A stretch of 64,000 nucleotides of DNA, taken from the NCBI GenBank assembly GCA_963738405.1, contig CAVTWJ010000012.1, positions 1 to 64,000 of the forward strand, in the 5' to 3' direction. Below the pieces are notes generated by a model, which saw nothing but the letters and a program-made list of their open reading frames with translations, ran no database searches and was not told the DNA's origin. Every line of letters starts with the position of its first letter. Within the stretch, counting starts at the first letter, position 1. The stretch comes from a candidate division FCPU426 bacterium (GTDB taxonomy: Bacteria > Oederibacteriota > Muellerivitia > Muellerivitales > Muellerivitaceae). Both the position numbers and the translations under genes were made by a program. This document shows, in pieces, positions 60,739-64,000 of this stretch.

Positions 60739-62298
60739 TCAATGCCCCGCCGGGTTTTCAGGCGTTGGCGCTTTCGTATTCTTTACGAAGGCAATCAACG
60801 CGACGCTCACGAAAAACATGACGCCAATGGCCATAAAGCAATCGCTGTAAGACATCACAAAGGCCTCGCGGTTGAGGGTGCCGAAAACCGAGGCCATGGC
60901 CTGGCCAATTCCATCACCCGGCGCCCGTAGGGCGAAAAGCCCGGCCCGGTTTGAAAGATCCACCTGGGCGGCCAGTGAAAACCGGCTGGTGGCCTCCGCC
61001 AGGCGGGTGAAATGCAGGTGGTAGCGGTTGTTCAAAAGCGCCCCCAAAAGCCCTATGCCGATGGACCCGCCAAGGTTTCGCATCATGTTGAAAAGCCCCG
61101 ATGCCGACCCCATTTCTCCCGGCTCCAGGCCCCGGTAGGCCAGGTTCGACATGCAGGTAATAATCAGCGGCTGTCCCAGGGCCCGCACCACTTGCGACCA
61201 GAGAAACTGGTCGTAACCCCAATCTTTGGTTAGCCCCGCGTTCATGAAGGCGCTGATGCCGAAAAGCAAAAACCCGGTCCCCGCCAAAAGGCGGTTATCT
61301 ATCTTTTTCACCAGGGTCGGCAAAAGGGGAATCACCAGAAGCTGGGGAAAGCCCGACCACATGATCACTTCCCCGATATGCACCGCGTCAAACCGCTCCA
61401 CCTGGGCCAAGTACAAAGGAAGGATAAAAATGGAGCCGTAAATGCCAAAGCCAAAGGCCAGGGCCCCCAGGTTCACCAGCAAAAAATTGGGGCGAAGCAA
61501 AAGCCTTACATTGATGAAGGGTTTTGGGTTGTGTATTTCCACCGCCAAAAAAGCCAGGGCTGAAACCAGGCACAAGAGGGCGAGGGAAAGGATCAGGTTT
61601 GAAGAAAACCAGTCCTTGCGCACGCCTTCTTCCAGCACCACCGTCAGCGACCCCAGGGCCGTTCCCATAGTCAGAATTCCCCACCAATCGCCATGCCCCA
61701 AAAGTTCAAGCTTCAAAGCGCTCTTTTCTACCCCGTAGCCGATCAACAGCATCAACAACAGGCCCGGCACCAGATTGATGTAGAAAACCAATGGCCAGGA
61801 AAAGTTCACCGTCAGCCATCCCCCCAGGGTTGGACCCACGCAGGGGGCAAAGGTGGCCGCCAAACTGAAGAGGGATAAACCTAAAGGCCTTTGGGCCGCC
61901 GGCAGGTAAGTCATCACAATCGTGGCGCTTAAAGGGATCAGCGCCCCGCCCGAAAAACCCTGAATCACCCGAAAAAGAATCATCTCGGGCAGGCTCTGGG
62001 CCGTGCCGCACAGCATGGAAGCGGCGATAAAAACCGCCGCGCTCCCCAAAAGGTAGCGGCGCAATCCGAACACCTGCGAAAGCCAGCTGGTTAGGGGGAT
62101 GATGATAATTTCAGCCACCAGATAGGCGGTGGATATCCAGGCGCCTTCGTCTAACGTGGCTGAAAGTCCACCCTGGATATCCTGTAAGGAGGCGTTGGTG
62201 ATGGAAATATCCAGTATGGCCATAAAGGCCCCCAGGAGGGATCCCGCCACCGCCACCCACTGCCGGGCCGTGGCCTTGTCGGGGGTTGGGGAATTCAT
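60739..62298 (-). CDS. DHA2 (EmrB-like) MFS efflux permease
   Basis: FMAILDISITN, WISTAYL, GPTLGG, ASGLFNMMRNLGGS. Confidence 0.95.
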   Translation of the reverse strand: MNSPTPDKATARQWVAVAGSLLGAFMAILDISITNASLQDIQGGLSATLDEGAWISTAYLVAEIIIIPLTSWLSQVFGLRRYLLGSAAVFIAASMLCGTAQSLPEMILFRVIQGFSGGALIPLSATIVMTYLPAAQRPLGLSLFSLAATFAPCVGPTLGGWLTVNFSWPLVFYINLVPGLLLMLLIGYGVEKSALKLELLGHGDWWGILTMGTALGSLTVVLEEGVRKDWFSSNLILSLALLCLVSALAFLAVEIHNPKPFINVRLLLRPNFLLVNLGALAFGFGIYGSIFILPLYLAQVERFDAVHIGEVIMWSGFPQLLVIPLLPTLVKKIDNRLLAGTGFLLFGISAFMNAGLTKDWGYDQFLWSQVVRALGQPLIITCMSNLAYRGLEPGEMGSASGLFNMMRNLGGSIGIGLLGALLNNRYHLHFTRLAEATSRFSLAAQVDLSNRAGLFALRAPGDGIGQAMASVFGTLNREAFVMSYSDCFMAIGVMFFVSVALIAFVKNTKAPTPENPAGH

Positions 62299-62305
62299 GG
62301 TCGCC

Positions 62306-63163
62306 TCAATTCACTAAAATTTTGGCCTCAACCGACAGGCCAGGCACGATGCGGTCTTCATAGCCCTGTATTGAATCCGCCAAAAAGCGCAGGCGCACCG
62401 GCACCCGCTGGACGATCTTGGTAAAGTTGCCCGTGGCGTTTTCGGGCGGGATCAAGGCGAAGGTCGATCCGGTACCGGGGGCGATGCTATCGACTACTGC
62501 CTCAAACCGCTTCCCACCAATGGAATCAATATTCACCTCGGCCTTCTGGCCGGGGCGAATTTTTTTGAGCTGGGTTTCTTTAAAGTTGGCGTCCACCCAG
62601 GGCGTGCCCGCGTCCACGAAAGCAAGCAGAGGCTCGCCGGGCGCCACCACCATGCCCGATTCCACGGCCTTCTTGCCGATGGTGCCGTCCGATGGCGCGC
62701 GAAGCAGGGTAAATTGCAAGTTCAGCTCACTTTGCTCAATCTGCGCCCTCAGGGAATCCCACTGGTTTTCCAGTTCCTGGGCCTTGGCGTTGGCCTCGTC
62801 CCGGTACTGGGCGCTCACCGCCCCTTCGGCGAAAAGGTCTTTCGCGCGTTTTTCATCTTTCTTGGCAAGCGTTAGGCTCGCCTCCACCGACCTCAGCTGG
62901 GCTTCCTGCTGGTCCAGGGCATTTTGGAAATCCCGGGGGTCAATGGCCACCAGTATCTGGCCCTTCTTGACCTTCTGGTTTTCTTGCACCAGCACCTGCG
63001 TCACCAGCCCCGGCACCTTGGTGGATAGGGTGGCCACGTTGGCACCCACATAAGCGTTGTCGGTGGATTCGCTTTTCCCGCCGAACACCGCCATGATCCC
63101 TAGGATCAGCGCGGCCCCGATGCCGATCCCGAACCCCGTTTGTTTTTTCGCTCTTTCCGTCAT
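62306..63163 (-). CDS. EmrA/HlyD periplasmic adaptor
   Basis: STDNAYV, ANFKETQL, PENATGNFTKIVQRVPV; ATG at 63163 after AAGGAGG. Confidence 0.95.
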   Translation of the reverse strand: MTERAKKQTGFGIGIGAALILGIMAVFGGKSESTDNAYVGANVATLSTKVPGLVTQVLVQENQKVKKGQILVAIDPRDFQNALDQQEAQLRSVEASLTLAKKDEKRAKDLFAEGAVSAQYRDEANAKAQELENQWDSLRAQIEQSELNLQFTLLRAPSDGTIGKKAVESGMVVAPGEPLLAFVDAGTPWVDANFKETQLKKIRPGQKAEVNIDSIGGKRFEAVVDSIAPGTGSTFALIPPENATGNFTKIVQRVPVRLRFLADSIQGYEDRIVPGLSVEAKILVN

Positions 63164-63209
63164 GACTGCCTCCTTGAATTTTGAATGCTCTCCAACCCTT
63201 GGAAACTTC

Positions 63210-63377
63210 TTATGCCGCCCGGTGAAAGGGCCTCCCCTTGTGGCTTTCCTGAATAGTGGCCACCCGGCGCACCATGTTGTCGTTGATGTGCAACAAACTT
63301 TTGATTTCCTCCAAACCCCGCTCGGGGTTAGGCCTTTCCACTTCAATCAGGTTTTGAATCGCGCTTTCGGTTTTCAT
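63210..63377 (-). CDS. 55-aa small protein leading the efflux operon, absent from the ORF track
   Basis: GGAGG RBS; MKTESAIQNLIEVERPNPERGLEEIKSLLHINDNMVRRVATIQESHKGRPFHRAA. Confidence 0.55.
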   Translation of the reverse strand: MKTESAIQNLIEVERPNPERGLEEIKSLLHINDNMVRRVATIQESHKGRPFHRAA

Positions 63378-63446
63378 GTCGTCCTCCCCAAAGACTGTTA
63401 AGGGTGATTTATTTTTTTCCCGGTGAGCCGGGCCTTTTCAAACTAT

Positions 63447-63460
63447 CTACCTCAAGGTAG
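63447..63460. promoter_or_regulatory. Probable TetR operator
   Basis: CTACCT-CA-AGGTAG palindrome between the TetR gene and the efflux operon. Confidence 0.65.
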
Positions 63461-63487
63461 GTATTGAGGGTAAAAAAATTTAACCGG

Positions 63488-64000
63488 TTACTTCTTCAAG
63501 GCCTCCGAAATTTGGCCCGTTACCTTTTTAAAATAATCAGGGTTGCTCTGCGCCCGGCTGATCTGCAATGCCCCCTGGATGGAGGAATAAATAAACTGCG
63601 CCTGGTCCGCCGCCTCACCCTGAAGGGCGAAAACCCCTTCTTCCCTTCCCCGTTCCAACAAGGCCTTCAGCCAATCCTGGTGGCGCTTCATTACCCGCCC
63701 CGCCGCGTCCTGCAGTTTCTTAGGCAAAGATACCCATTCAGAAGCCAAGGCCCCGATCGGGCAAATGCGGGTGCAGTTTTCGGAAATGCGGGTGAAGTAG
63801 GCGAAGTAGGCTTGCATCTGCTCTACCGGCGGCAGGTTTTGGTCTTTCATCATTTCTTGCCAGGTGTCGATGCGTTTCAGGCTGTCGTTAAGCAACCCCA
63901 CCCCCAGGTCTTCCTTCGTGGGAAAGTGGTAGTGGATGCTAGCCTTGCGGATATGCAGCCTGTCCGCCAGGTCCTGGTAGCTGAAGGCGTTGTAACCCCG
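63488..64000 (-). CDS. TetR/AcrR-family regulator (5' end lies outside the window)
   Basis: Frame open to the window edge: GYNAFSYQDLA..LHIRKASIHYHFPTKEDL. Confidence 0.92.
   Translation of the reverse strand, partial: RGYNAFSYQDLADRLHIRKASIHYHFPTKEDLGVGLLNDSLKRIDTWQEMMKDQNLPPVEQMQAYFAYFTRISENCTRICPIGALASEWVSLPKKLQDAAGRVMKRHQDWLKALLERGREEGVFALQGEAADQAQFIYSSIQGALQISRAQSNPDYFKKVTGQISEALKK

Overview
64-kb chromosomal segment of a diderm bacterium (TonB-dependent receptor, Omp85 barrel). Taxonomy cannot be fixed from sequence alone, but the secreted proteins with Thr/Pro-rich linkers and a C-terminal sorting-like domain suggest a poorly characterised non-proteobacterial lineage. Left half, mostly + strand: purB-purS-purQ-purL-purF and purM, three orphan response regulators, large secreted proteins, phoU, bcp, a Ser/Thr kinase-NHL plus FHA-GAF-adenylate cyclase pair, mutL-miaA-Nudix, and sppA with a propeller protein and a peptidase-Omp85 protein. 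Right half, almost all - strand: tRNA-Arg, apt, an RpoS-like sigma factor, two tRNA-Pro, ihf, gpsA-plsY-der, a degenerate FabD, a radical SAM enzyme, two toxin-antitoxin modules and an EmrAB-type efflux pump. Two features stand out. (1) An unannotated ~363-nt highly structured RNA at 24712-25074 with its own terminator; from memory its motifs resemble ROOL RNA, but it is much more compact. (2) A perfectly palindromic dif-like site (15 bp + 6 bp + 15 bp) at 40101-40136 that overlaps the start codon of a lone Xer-type recombinase, close to where gene orientation flips, suggesting a single-recombinase chromosome-dimer resolution module at the terminus. No searches were run; family calls come from motif recognition.
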